Source: a virus
Taxonomy: Duplodnaviria; Caudoviricetes
Virus record (IMG/VR): IMGVR_UViG_3300049042_000233
Span: 1-32,178 of that record
Direction: 5' to 3' (one strand)
DNA length: 32,178 bases
Of the stretch, positions 6,791-16,465 are shown piece by piece. Positions within the stretch are counted from its first letter, which is position 1, and each line of letters begins with the position of its first letter. A program made the translations under genes and the position numbers. The notes under the pieces were generated by a model. That model was not told the origin of the DNA. It worked only from the letters and a program-made list of their open reading frames with translations, and made no database searches.

Positions 6791-7396
6791 TCACAGCGCA
6801 CTCTCAAACAGGGAGGCCTCGGCGTCTCTGCGCTTTTGGAGACCCGTCGTGTTTGGCCAGAGTCGTTTCATCGAGCGGAGCAGCTGCGGGACGTCGTGCG
6901 TTCGGCCATCGCGGAGAGCATTTTGGATCCCGAGCATCTCGGCTCGACGATCTCCAGAAAGCGCAGTGCCACGGTTGAAGACGAGCGAGAGCAGTGCATC
7001 CCGAGCGGGTTCCGGTAGCGTTTCCGCCTGTGGATAGATGCGGAGGAGTTGCAGGTAGAACCTCGGGACGGTGATGCGCTCGAACACGTCCAGAGCCTTT
7101 TCCCACGGCACTTCGATGTCTCGCACCATCGGCCTCGATGAGAGCCACAGCCGTGCACTCTCTCCACGGATCCCGATCGCGCCCTTGAGGAGTTCCAGGC
7201 TGGTATCGGCCAACGCTCCCCACGCCTCGGAAACTTGGCTCTCGGTGTTATAGCCCAAGTCAAAACCGACGCCGATGGTGACGCCTGATTGTTCCCCCGG
7301 CCATGTTGGCCGAGAGAGGAACTTCCGGTAATACGGTTCGCCACCTCCGACTTCGTAGTCGAGGAGTAACTTTCGGCCTTGGTCTGAGAGAGTCAT
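6791..7396 (-). CDS. Endolysin, lysozyme-like muramidase (GH24/pesticin-like)
   Basis: Restarted at ATG 7396 (MTLSDQGRKLLLDYE). SGVTIGVGFDLG, ALLSLVFNRG and GLQKRRDAEASLF motifs. Confidence 0.88.
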   Translation of the reverse strand: MTLSDQGRKLLLDYEVGGGEPYYRKFLSRPTWPGEQSGVTIGVGFDLGYNTESQVSEAWGALADTSLELLKGAIGIRGESARLWLSSRPMVRDIEVPWEKALDVFERITVPRFYLQLLRIYPQAETLPEPARDALLSLVFNRGTALSGDRRAEMLGIQNALRDGRTHDVPQLLRSMKRLWPNTTGLQKRRDAEASLFESAL

Positions 7397-7563
7397 TGGT
7401 GCCGTTCTCCTACACGCTCGGCCAGTTCCGAAACCTTCTCCCAGAGCTTCGAGCGGTCGACCTCGCAATCTTTGATTTTGGAGGCGAGCCACCAAATCGC
7501 GATCCCCATCGCAGCGGCCAGTGGCCCTTGCTGCACCAACGCTTCGGCAAGTTTCTCAATCAT
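7393..7563 (-). CDS. Holin-like protein, BhlA/UviB-like (56 aa, not in ORF track)
   Basis: MIEKLAEALVQQGPLAAAMGIAIWWLASKIKDCEVDRSKLWEKVSELAERVGERHQ: one TM segment then a charged helix; ATGA-coupled on both sides, directly before the endolysin. Confidence 0.65.
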   Translation of the reverse strand: MIEKLAEALVQQGPLAAAMGIAIWWLASKIKDCEVDRSKLWEKVSELAERVGERHQ

Positions 7564-7751
7564 TTTTGCTCCTTGCGGAAAATGTTAATTGCCGAGTAGA
7601 CCGAGACTCCTGCGGTCAGCACCGCATCGGCTTGATCTGGTGCTATTTTGAGCCCCGCGAGGGTAAGGAGAGAGATGATTCCTCTCCAAGTGGAGGGCTC
7701 GAGGAGACGGGCGATGATGTACTGCATACCTATGAGAGCGTGAGCCATCAA
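7560..7751 (-). CDS. Putative holin (two TM segments)
   Basis: RLLEPSTWRGIISLLTLAG...AVLTAGVSVYSAINIF plus a basic tail RKEQK; lies in the lysis cassette. Confidence 0.7.
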   Translation of the reverse strand: MMAHALIGMQYIIARLLEPSTWRGIISLLTLAGLKIAPDQADAVLTAGVSVYSAINIFRKEQK

Positions 7752-8893
7752 CCGAGCGGCGAATAGTCGAGCCCATAGCCGACCGTGAAAGGCCGATTGT
7801 GGTCCTCATACCAACCTGCACCGCTGAACACGTCCCGGAAGTCGGCAAAGGCCCGTTCAAACTTCGGCCTCACCGCGTCGAGTGAGAAGTTCGCCTGAGC
7901 GAATGCCACCATCTTCGCTCGGTCGATGCGGTAGCCTATCCGAATCGCTCGCAGGATGTCACCCATCGTCGAGCACCGGAACCCGTTGACGCCATCCACG
8001 ATGTACTCCGTCATCGCTCCCATGTCCGAACAGATTGGCACGCACCCCGAGAGCATCATCTCGACAGCGGTCCCGCCAAACGGCTCCCAGTAGGTCGAGA
8101 GAAGAAACCCGAACTGAGCCTTGGCCATCAACTCTTTGCGCTCCTCGATGCCAGCGTAGCCGATGAAGTCGACGTGCTCCGGCCACTCCTTTAATCCGAT
8201 GCCCTCGGGCCCTCCTTGGCCAGCGACCTTGAGCCTAATCCCCATCCGCTTGCACGCATCGATTGCGATGTCCAATCCCTTGTTCGTGCCTAGGCGACCG
8301 ATGAACAGCGCGTAATCCTCTCGCTTTTGCGTGGGGTCAAAGTTGCGCGTGTCGAAGTAGTTCGGCACGACCCTCCAGTACCACTTTGGATTGCAGTAGG
8401 AGACGCCCTCAGTCCCGACGAATGCCGAGCGGAGCGGATACGACTCGTAACACCGGAAAGGCGCGAACGCATGGCCACTGCCGATGCCCGGCTCGACGAT
8501 GATGAGATCCTTTTCAGCGTTGGCGATGTGAGTCGCTTCCTGCGTCCCACCCCAGAAAGCCAGCACGATGTCGCCTTTCTTCTTCCGTCGCTTGATTGCC
8601 TCTCCTGCGATGAGGTTAAACGCCCGATGTGCAAGGTCTTGTGACGAGTGCTTGAACTGGTTTCTCCTCCAGTCGTAATCGCCGTAGGTCTCTTGCAGGA
8701 TGTCACGAGAGGTCACGTTGACGTGCTCATGAGCCGAGGTAATCGAGTCGGGGTGCCCGTAGTGAATGGTGCGGTATTCCGTCGAGTCCTTGAACATCTC
8801 CAAGAACTTCAAGACTTTCTGAGTGAAGGCACAAGCGGAGTAGTCGGGGTGTGTGACCGTGTGCGGAACACCTAGGCAGTGAAGAGTTGTCAT
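7748..8893 (-). CDS. Glycosyltransferase family 4 (GT-B fold)
   Basis: VVPNYFD, LFIGRLGTNKG and WEPFGGTAVEMMLSGCVPICSDMGAMTE (E-x7-E motif), then DGVNGF. Confidence 0.92.
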   Translation of the reverse strand: MTTLHCLGVPHTVTHPDYSACAFTQKVLKFLEMFKDSTEYRTIHYGHPDSITSAHEHVNVTSRDILQETYGDYDWRRNQFKHSSQDLAHRAFNLIAGEAIKRRKKKGDIVLAFWGGTQEATHIANAEKDLIIVEPGIGSGHAFAPFRCYESYPLRSAFVGTEGVSYCNPKWYWRVVPNYFDTRNFDPTQKREDYALFIGRLGTNKGLDIAIDACKRMGIRLKVAGQGGPEGIGLKEWPEHVDFIGYAGIEERKELMAKAQFGFLLSTYWEPFGGTAVEMMLSGCVPICSDMGAMTEYIVDGVNGFRCSTMGDILRAIRIGYRIDRAKMVAFAQANFSLDAVRPKFERAFADFRDVFSGAGWYEDHNRPFTVGYGLDYSPLG

Positions 8894-8938
8894 GCTCCTC
8901 AGCCTAGGGGTTGAGTCTTTAGGCAGGCCAGTCCGCGT

Positions 8939-11929
8939 TTACTGAGATGCTCGTACCTTGAGCGTTCCGCTTGCGAGATCGATCGTGGATGCGGTGTCGT
9001 TGCGGAGTTGAACGGTCACCGTGTTGGCCGAGGAGACAAAAGCGTTGATCGTCAGGCCAGTGTTGCTCGACAAAGTTGCCTGCGCGAAGTGGCTAGTCAA
9101 CGCACCAGTGCACGTGACGGTTGTGGTCGTCGACGCGCCAGCTGCGAGCGACGGCGCGTCGTACGTTGCTGAGCCCGTGAAAAACCCGCCGACCTGAGTG
9201 GACCCATCCGAGAATTTGATGCCCGTCGAGTCCAGGTTGAGCGCCACTGTTGCGTCCGGTGTCGTGCCGATGCCAACCCGTCCACTCGACGAGATTGCAA
9301 ACCTTGTCGAGTCCGGAACCGTGTCGTCGTTGACGATCAAGCTGTTGCCTGATCCCAAGTTTGTGATCGTCACGCAATCGGTCGTCGCGGCCGTCGTGTT
9401 GAGAATCTCGAGCGTCGGTCCTGTTGAGAGTTGCTCAGCTTTTAGTGCAGCGTAAGCGGTCGAGGCGATGGCGTAGAGCTTGGGTGCTGTTGCTGCGTTG
9501 GGATCCGTGCCCGTGCCGATGCCGACATTGCCAGCAACTGCGCCGATCGCCAGCGCCTCCACAACGGAGCCCTGCGCCGTCCCGGGAACCTCAAATGCAA
9601 GCCGCGGCTGCCCAGACGCGTTGGACTTGAGTTTGACCGCGCTGATCCACTCATGGTTGTAGGTGCTGAGTTGCAGTCCGAAATTTTGGTTGATGCCATA
9701 ATCGCCAGCGGCGATGTCCACTTTTGCGGTGGGTGCTAAAGTCCCGATGCCGACGTTGCCGAGCGTCGTGATTATAAATGGAGTGGAATCTGGGTTGGGC
9801 GAATCCTCAACAAGTAGAGTCGCACCGAGCCCTTGATTTGTGATGCGGACAGCGGCCGCGGTTGAGGACGTGTTGCTGATGTCTACCGTCAGACCCGAGC
9901 CCGTCCCTGTCGCGGATTGAGTCGCTGTCAACGATGCAACCGATCCTGTTGTCAACACCGAGAGCGATCCAGAAACCGTGCCCCCCGTGAGGGCCAGCGC
10001 CTGCACGGCTGCGGCGTTGAGGCCTGTGATTTGAGCGGTTGTGATGGCAATCGGGACGCTCGATGCCGCGGTGGTCAAACCCTTCTCATTCACCGTCACC
10101 TGTGCCACCGATGCGGCGCTGCCGTACTGCCCGCTCGTGAGCCCGGACAAAGTCTTGAGCGTTGCCGCTTGTGATCCTCCGCCGGTGCTCGTTGTGACGT
10201 CTCCGGTGAGTTGAGTGATGGCCCCCAAAGCGGTCGCGCTCAGTCCCGTCACCTGCGCCGTCGTGATTGCGATGGCAACGTTGGTGGCAAGTGTGGTTAG
10301 CCCTTTTGCGTTGACCGTGATCTGCGCCACGCTCGACGCGCTGCCGTACTGACCAGTTGTCAGGCCCGCCAACGTTGCGAGAGTCGCTGCCTGTGATCCT
10401 CCGCCCGTGCTCGTGGTCACGTCTCCGGTCAGCTGCGTAATGGCAGCCGGTGCAGTGGCAGCCCATCCGGTGTTTCCGGATCCGGTTTGCTTGACGTAGA
10501 GCGTCGTGTTGGCCGCGCCATTGGTGCGCAGGAAAAGTGAACCAACAGGTGCCGTGACCGCACCTTCCGGAGTGTTGGTGCCCGCGGTGATGGTCGGTCC
10601 GCTCGAGCTGGTCAACTTGAGTCCGCTGTTGAGTTGTTGCTGAGCGGTAAACTGGTTGGCCACCGACAAAGCAGCGGCGGCGTACTGCGTCGAGTTGTGT
10701 CCATACCACGTGAGTATATTGGACGCGGACAGCCACGCCTCTCCACCATTCGGTGCGCTTGGAGTGGCTGTCTGCCCTAGGTTCAAGCGGCTCGGCGTGT
10801 AGGTAAATTGAGCAACAAGCGGATTGATCTTAGTCTCAAATGTCGCGTATGGCGCATTCGAAAAATTGTTATTCTGCTGGTAAAGAGCGCTCCCGGCGTC
10901 ACCAGTGACGACGTAGTTTGACGCTCCGGCGACGATTGAAAAGTTGGAGTTGAACACTCCAGCAACTGAGCCCGCGGCGATGGAGATGCCGTTGCCCGTC
11001 GTCGCGAGGTTTTGAAACGCGGACCATCCCATTGTGAGCAGCGCGGTGGCGGACGTGATGCTGATGGCGTTGGCGCCATTGGTGATGTAGTTGGACCACT
11101 TGCACTCGACGTAAGGTGTGAGCGCTCCGTTGGTTCCGCGCATCAAGATCGCGCCAGTCCCGAACTCGCCCGAGCATCTCTCGAGGTAGAGACTTCCGCC
11201 GTTGACGTCCCAGTGAGTGCCACCTGCACCGGCGGTTGAGTTGGCCACGCTTCGCACGTTTGCAGCGCGGACTGACACGTTGGCGTTGATCTGCACGCCA
11301 ACCACCGCCGTCGAACTGTTGGAGTTGCCCACCATGCAATCCTGCATGTGGACCAAGAACTTGGTCGACCCGTTGGCCGTCAGCGTGAGAACGGGGTTGG
11401 TGGTGTTGGTGTCGAAGCGTAAACCATTGAGCTCGAGGATGGAATCGCCAGCGGTCGCGGACCCTTGGCAGGTGTGGTAGCCGTTGATCCTCACGACGGA
11501 TCCCTGCCCGTTGTTGCCTCCTGTCGAGGCCAGAGAGACGCATGGTTTGAGCGTCAAGTTCTCGGCGTAGACGCCCGGCGGAATCAGGATCTGCGTCTGG
11601 TTGAGTCCCGTCGCACCGGTCACCAAGTCGATGCACCCTTGGATGGTTGCAGCGTCCACCCCGACAACCTTTGTGTTTGCGAACGTCACACCGCTTGAGG
11701 TCGGCTTGTTTGTCAAGTCGTTGTAAGAGCCTGAGATGGCCACTGTTGCAAGGCCGCTAATCTGCGCCGTTGAGTGCGTATGGTTCGCCGTTGCGTAATC
11801 CGACGCGGCTGTCGTTGCAGCGGTCCCGAGTTCGAGGGTTGAGCGTGCGGCGGATGCGGATGCCGCGGTGATGAGCGCCTTTCCCGTCGTTCCCGCGTCC
11901 TTGAGTAAACTGTTCGAAACTTTTGTCAT
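8939..11929 (-). CDS. Tail fibre / receptor-binding protein
   Basis: 996 aa, Thr/Ala/Gly/Ser-rich. [18 protein letters not shown], a beta-helix-like block after TIQGCID...[31 protein letters not shown] and three VGIGT motifs. Confidence 0.85.
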   Translation of the reverse strand: MTKVSNSLLKDAGTTGKALITAASASAARSTLELGTAATTAASDYATANHTHSTAQISGLATVAISGSYNDLTNKPTSSGVTFANTKVVGVDAATIQGCIDLVTGATGLNQTQILIPPGVYAENLTLKPCVSLASTGGNNGQGSVVRINGYHTCQGSATAGDSILELNGLRFDTNTTNPVLTLTANGSTKFLVHMQDCMVGNSNSSTAVVGVQINANVSVRAANVRSVANSTAGAGGTHWDVNGGSLYLERCSGEFGTGAILMRGTNGALTPYVECKWSNYITNGANAISITSATALLTMGWSAFQNLATTGNGISIAAGSVAGVFNSNFSIVAGASNYVVTGDAGSALYQQNNNFSNAPYATFETKINPLVAQFTYTPSRLNLGQTATPSAPNGGEAWLSASNILTWYGHNSTQYAAAALSVANQFTAQQQLNSGLKLTSSSGPTITAGTNTPEGAVTAPVGSLFLRTNGAANTTLYVKQTGSGNTGWAATAPAAITQLTGDVTTSTGGGSQAATLATLAGLTTGQYGSASSVAQITVNAKGLTTLATNVAIAITTAQVTGLSATALGAITQLTGDVTTSTGGGSQAATLKTLSGLTSGQYGSAASVAQVTVNEKGLTTAASSVPIAITTAQITGLNAAAVQALALTGGTVSGSLSVLTTGSVASLTATQSATGTGSGLTVDISNTSSTAAAVRITNQGLGATLLVEDSPNPDSTPFIITTLGNVGIGTLAPTAKVDIAAGDYGINQNFGLQLSTYNHEWISAVKLKSNASGQPRLAFEVPGTAQGSVVEALAIGAVAGNVGIGTGTDPNAATAPKLYAIASTAYAALKAEQLSTGPTLEILNTTAATTDCVTITNLGSGNSLIVNDDTVPDSTRFAISSSGRVGIGTTPDATVALNLDSTGIKFSDGSTQVGGFFTGSATYDAPSLAAGASTTTTVTCTGALTSHFAQATLSSNTGLTINAFVSSANTVTVQLRNDTASTIDLASGTLKVRASQ
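10020..10444 (-). repeat. Two diverged 74-aa (222-nt period) repeats inside the tail fibre
   Basis: [22 protein letters not shown]...GQYGSA.SVAQ.TVN.KGLTT...IAITTAQ.TGL begins at 10444 and again at 10222. Confidence 0.9.
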
Positions 11930-13680
11930 ACGGTGTAAAATGGCACCAACTTCCCGTTTCCGGCATCGAAGTAGCCCGCTGGCACCACGGTATTTGATGG
12001 GGTTTCCTCAGAGACGGTCCAGTTGGGTCCTGTTGCTCCGGTGGCTCCTTGGTCGCCGGTGATTCCTGTTGATCCCGTTGCGCCCGTTGCGCCTTCGGGT
12101 CCAGTAGCACCAACGTCGCCGACCGCACCGTCGATGCCATCAATTCCAGCCGGTCCCGTTGCGCCGGTGGCTCCGGGATCACCAACTGGTCCGGTGGCAC
12201 CTCGCGGTCCCTCTGGTCCCTGTTCGCCGGTGTCCCCGGGAAACCCGGGTGGCCCCTCGGGACCCTGCATCCCGCTCGGTCCCGGCATTCCCGGATTGCC
12301 CTCGGGACCTTGCATCCCGCTTGGCCCTGCGGGACCGGGAAAGCCCTGATCCCCCTTTGGTCCAACATCGCCCGTTGCGCCGGTGGCACCGCGGCCACCG
12401 CGCATGTTGAGCGAGGAATTCCACTCGTTTGAGGCCTTGACGTAAACCGACACCGTTTGCACGTCGTCGTAGTTGTCGCTCTCAGGCATCTCCTGAAAAT
12501 AGACGTCACCATCTTTTCCAAGCGATGGAGAAGGCGCGTCAGTTCCACCGTAAAAAATGGTGCCTGCGATACCTGTCGCGCCGGTGGCACCGACACCTGT
12601 TGCGCCGTCATTGCCAGCTGCTCCATTTGCTCCACGGCTCGCGATCAAGTCCCAGAATGCGGACATCGTGCTTGGGATGTCGCCGGTGTTGCCGCCGTTT
12701 GCATCGGTGCGATACCAAAGGTTTCCCTCGTAGGTTGCCAAATCTCCGACGGCGTAGCTGATTCCGAGGTCAAATGCGCCGGTGTAGTTCCAGAGCGCGG
12801 GTGCTCCTGTTGCGCCTGTTGCGCCTGTTGCGCCGACCGGCCCTGTAGCGCCTGCATCTCCTGCCGGTCCAGACGGTCCTTGCTGTCCGCTCGGACCTGC
12901 GACACCTGTTGCTCCGACCTGTCCCTCCACACCCGTGGGTCCGACGTCACCGCTAGGTCCTGTCGCGCCAGTTGGCCCAGCCTCGCCGACGTTGCCCTGC
13001 GGCCCTTGCTCGCCGACGGCCCCCGATGGGCCAGTGGCACCTGTTGCACCTCCAGGTGATCCCGGTTCGCCTTGCGGTCCAGTCGGCCCCGGTGCTCCCA
13101 CTTCGCCTTGCGGTCCAGATGGTCCCGTTGCGCCCGATGCGCCAACGTGTCCAGTCGCACCTTGTGGTCCAGCGATGCCGGTGGCCCCATCTGCTCCACT
13201 AGGTCCCGTTGCGCCGATTTCGCCAGCAACTCCAGTTGCACCGACCGGCCCTTGCGATCCGACACCAGTCGCGCCAATCGGACCCTGCGGCCCAGCAACT
13301 CCGCCGGACGCCACGAGGATGTTGATCTTCTCCCCGCTCGGAGGTGCGCTCGTAAACGTCACAACGCCAGCTGCGACCGTGTAGTCATCGCCAGCGGTTT
13401 GGAAGACACCACCGATGGCCACGACGAAATGGTCGTCCGTCGAGTCGGTGGACGTCGTGGTGAAGACCGTCTGCGCTCCGTTTCCAGTGAACGTAAACTG
13501 TTGCAGTGCAAACGATGGCGCCGACGCCCCCGCTTGAAACGTCACCCATCCATTCCCCGCTGCGTTCGGGAACGAGAGCGTTTGGTCTGCTGTGTTAACG
13601 ATCAGGACGCCCGACGGAATGCCCTCGATTGGAGGGGTTCCCGACGTGGCCTTTCGGAGTTGGCGGATGAAGTTCGGCAT
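11926..13680 (-). CDS. Collagen-like (Gly-X-Y) fibre protein
   Basis: Two long G-X-Y tracts ([11 protein letters not shown]...) separated by globular inserts, e.g. [27 protein letters not shown] and [14 protein letters not shown]. Confidence 0.9.
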   Translation of the reverse strand: MPNFIRQLRKATSGTPPIEGIPSGVLIVNTADQTLSFPNAAGNGWVTFQAGASAPSFALQQFTFTGNGAQTVFTTTSTDSTDDHFVVAIGGVFQTAGDDYTVAAGVVTFTSAPPSGEKINILVASGGVAGPQGPIGATGVGSQGPVGATGVAGEIGATGPSGADGATGIAGPQGATGHVGASGATGPSGPQGEVGAPGPTGPQGEPGSPGGATGATGPSGAVGEQGPQGNVGEAGPTGATGPSGDVGPTGVEGQVGATGVAGPSGQQGPSGPAGDAGATGPVGATGATGATGAPALWNYTGAFDLGISYAVGDLATYEGNLWYRTDANGGNTGDIPSTMSAFWDLIASRGANGAAGNDGATGVGATGATGIAGTIFYGGTDAPSPSLGKDGDVYFQEMPESDNYDDVQTVSVYVKASNEWNSSLNMRGGRGATGATGDVGPKGDQGFPGPAGPSGMQGPEGNPGMPGPSGMQGPEGPPGFPGDTGEQGPEGPRGATGPVGDPGATGATGPAGIDGIDGAVGDVGATGPEGATGATGSTGITGDQGATGATGPNWTVSEETPSNTVVPAGYFDAGNGKLVPFYTV

Positions 13681-13689
13681 CCCCCGAGA

Positions 13690-14826
13690 TTAGAGGTCTC
13701 CGCAGTCGATGGAAATCCCTGCTGAGGCAGGAATCGAGTTTGTTGCACTCGTCACCCTTCCGTAAGCGTCGACCGTGAAGAGCACCTGATTTGACGCGGC
13801 GGTGACACCCGAGGTGGCCAAGTCGACACCGCTCGATGAGACGGCGATCCGGCTCGACGATACGGTTTTGACCGAGAGCGTCGTGCCACTCTTTTGGAGA
13901 CCATCACCAGCGTCAGCCACGCCAGCCGACGAGAACTGCGTGAACGTGATGGCCGTCGTCCCGATCGTGATCGCGCCTGACGTGGAAACCACCCAACCCG
14001 TTGATGCGTTGGAACTCCCCTGCTCGATGAAGACGAATGAACCAGCACTCAACTCGGTGCCGCTGTCAGCATCCGTGCGGCGGGTCAGGATGAATGGGCC
14101 ATCGGCGGCGCCTGCACTCGTGACCGTGTAGAGGCCATTCTGGAGCCCTGCGACTTGGTTTTTGACGAGCACGTATTCTCCCGCGTTGACCGCGTGAGAG
14201 TCGATTGTGAGCGCTCCGTTGGCGTCAGCGGTGAGCGTTGCGCCCACTCCGCTGGATCCGTTGTTGTAGGTGCAGGCGGCAAGCGCGGCGGTCGTTGCGA
14301 CATGCACCGAGGCCTTGACATCAAGCCCTTGTGCGACGTCATCGACGTACTTCTTGTTAGCCAGATGAGCATCCGCGGTCGGCACTCCGGTCGTCGAGAT
14401 CAGCCCGGCACCGAGGGTCAGGTTCTTCGAGGCATCAACCACCAGAGCCTTGTTCGCGCTCGCCGTACCAGCCGTCACACCTGCGACGGTGTTCAGTTCG
14501 GCAGTCGTTGCCGTCACCCCGTCGAGCTTGTTCAACTCGGCGGCGTCAGCGGTCACCTGACTCCCTGCGATCTGGATTTGACCCGTGATGTTCAGCGTCC
14601 CCGAGACGGTCTTTGTCCCTTGGATTGTCTGGTTGCGGTTGGCCGTGGTGACCATCCCTTCGGAAGTGGCAGTGCCCTCACCACCTACCGGAACGATGTC
14701 ACCGTTCGACTTTTTGATCAGCAGCTGGTTGTCGAACTCTTGAAAGAGCAGCTCACCAGTTGAGAGCGTGATGCCTGACACGCCCGTTGAGGTCGTGCGG
14801 CGTTTAAGTTGGATCGTGTTCGGCAT
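13690..14826 (-). CDS. Virion structural / fibre-like protein
   Basis: N-terminal IQLKRR...LSTGEL (Mtd-N/hyaluronidase-N-like), HLANKKYVDDVAQGLDVKASV, VLVKNQ...QNGLY and TVDAYGRVTSA motifs common in phage fibre proteins. Confidence 0.75.
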   Translation of the reverse strand: MPNTIQLKRRTTSTGVSGITLSTGELLFQEFDNQLLIKKSNGDIVPVGGEGTATSEGMVTTANRNQTIQGTKTVSGTLNITGQIQIAGSQVTADAAELNKLDGVTATTAELNTVAGVTAGTASANKALVVDASKNLTLGAGLISTTGVPTADAHLANKKYVDDVAQGLDVKASVHVATTAALAACTYNNGSSGVGATLTADANGALTIDSHAVNAGEYVLVKNQVAGLQNGLYTVTSAGAADGPFILTRRTDADSGTELSAGSFVFIEQGSSNASTGWVVSTSGAITIGTTAITFTQFSSAGVADAGDGLQKSGTTLSVKTVSSSRIAVSSSGVDLATSGVTAASNQVLFTVDAYGRVTSATNSIPASAGISIDCGDL

Positions 14827-14841
14827 GATGTCTTGATGTTG

Positions 14842-15876
14842 TTAAACTTGTCCCCCGTCGACTGATGCTCCCAAAGCGGCCAGAGTCGTGTAGGTAGTCA
14901 CACCGCCGACGACGCCAACCACATCACCTTCCACGCCTGTGCCAGCGATCGCGGCTCCGGCACCAATGTTCGCTCGGGCCTGAGCTTGTTGAGGTGCTGT
15001 GAGGCCCTGAGCGACAAATTGCACGGCTGTTGCGGCGATGTTGGATGTGTCGAAAAAAGGGAGCGAGACCGGCTGCGATGCGCGGCGGTTGGTGTTCTGG
15101 ACCTTCCACCGAAGTGCCTGAGTAGTCGTCAGGTTGCCAGAATAGGACCACGCAATCTCCGCCTGCAGCACCACGGATGAAAGGTCTGTCACCGTCTCAT
15201 CTCCGCCAGCGACAACCACTGTGACACCGTATCCAGATGATCTGCAATGCGGTGCCTGACGTTGGCCAAATGTGGACGCGGCCACGGTCACGATGTCTGC
15301 GGATGATGATGCGACAAAGGCCAGATCCGCATCCAGAGCGGTCGCGATCTTCGCGGCCATCGCTGAGGCGTTTTCCGTTCCTAGAGTCGTGACCTTGATG
15401 AGACGGCCATCAGCGGGTGCCTCCGGTCCCGTCGAGGATGCCGTGCCCATCCAAACCCGCACTGGCCCAACCGAGTCGGCAAGGTCGAAGTAAACTCCGT
15501 TCACCGTTGTGGCCGTCGTCTGGATGGCCACGACTTCGGCGGAGTCGTAGGGGTCGATGCCAAGGAGCCGGTCAATCCCTCCTGATGCCGTGTTGAGGGT
15601 CGCTCGGTAGTCAACGGCTGAGCCCGTCACCGTGCGGGTCCAGCTGGCAAACGAGAGGAGAGGGTTGGCGTCAAAGTCACCCTTCGGTTTCACGGTCAAC
15701 CTGAGGCCCGTTGATGAGCCCATGTCGACCGTCGAAGTGCTCGAGATGGTGCTGCGAAACTCGATGGCGGTCGGTATCACGTCCCCATTGCGGAGCAGCA
15801 CCTCCTGATCGTCTGAGCGGCGGAGACCGCCAACATAGACGAGGCCAGAGTCGAGAGCGACGGTGAGCGTGAGCAT
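14842..15876 (-). CDS. Putative tail tip/baseplate structural protein
   Basis: 344 aa in the tail module; C-terminal QGLTAPQQAQARANIGA motif typical of fibre-attachment segments. Confidence 0.6.
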   Translation of the reverse strand: MLTLTVALDSGLVYVGGLRRSDDQEVLLRNGDVIPTAIEFRSTISSTSTVDMGSSTGLRLTVKPKGDFDANPLLSFASWTRTVTGSAVDYRATLNTASGGIDRLLGIDPYDSAEVVAIQTTATTVNGVYFDLADSVGPVRVWMGTASSTGPEAPADGRLIKVTTLGTENASAMAAKIATALDADLAFVASSSADIVTVAASTFGQRQAPHCRSSGYGVTVVVAGGDETVTDLSSVVLQAEIAWSYSGNLTTTQALRWKVQNTNRRASQPVSLPFFDTSNIAATAVQFVAQGLTAPQQAQARANIGAGAAIAGTGVEGDVVGVVGGVTTYTTLAALGASVDGGQV

Positions 15877-15901
15877 TCACTCATGGGGCCGTCATCAACT
15901 G

Positions 15902-16465
15902 TCACGCACCGTAAAGTCCGATGATTTGATGACCCCCCGTTTGCTGCGAAACGGTGAAGGTCCCATCCTCCTCCTCCATGATGTAAGCGAGCACGATTTT
16001 GTAGTTAATGGCCCCCCCGACCTCACCGGCCACAAGCAGCGCACTAGTGTCCTCGATGGCGAGAGATGGATTGGAAATGCCCGTGGATGCCGTCGAGGAG
16101 AAGTTGCCGACCACGCTGAGCACCACCCGTTTGCCGTCAGCGGCCGTCCCGACTTCTTCCTCGGGGTAAGTCATGACGCTCTGCCCGTTGACCGTCCCCC
16201 AACGCACAAACACTTTGTATGTCGGGCTCGGTGATCCGGGGTTGTCGGCTCGCACGGTCACCTTGAATGGGAAGTTCGTTGTTGCCGATGGTGCCCCTGT
16301 CTGCGTCGTCCGACGGTTCTTGAGCGAGACCAGCTGGCCACGCGGGGTCACAGTCGCCGTGATGTCAGGAGTCGACTGGATGGCCAACCGAGGCAGGTAA
16401 TCGATGATGGCGTTTATGGCGGCGGCCAACTGGCCACCGCTTTTGAGACGTGGGATCACAGGCAT
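15902..16465 (-). CDS. Putative tail tip protein (N-terminus paralogous to 16456..17586)
   Basis: 187 aa; position in the tail module; shared N-terminal pattern ending TPRG. Confidence 0.6.
   Translation of the reverse strand: MPVIPRLKSGGQLAAAINAIIDYLPRLAIQSTPDITATVTPRGQLVSLKNRRTTQTGAPSATTNFPFKVTVRADNPGSPSPTYKVFVRWGTVNGQSVMTYPEEEVGTAADGKRVVLSVVGNFSSTASTGISNPSLAIEDTSALLVAGEVGGAINYKIVLAYIMEEEDGTFTVSQQTGGHQIIGLYGA

Noticed and set aside
12023-13384. Plus-strand Pro/Gly-rich ORFs and 9-bp tandem repeats (CCTGTTGCG x3 near 12806-12832)
   Set aside because: Antisense shadows and codon-level consequences of the Gly-X-Y collagen gene.
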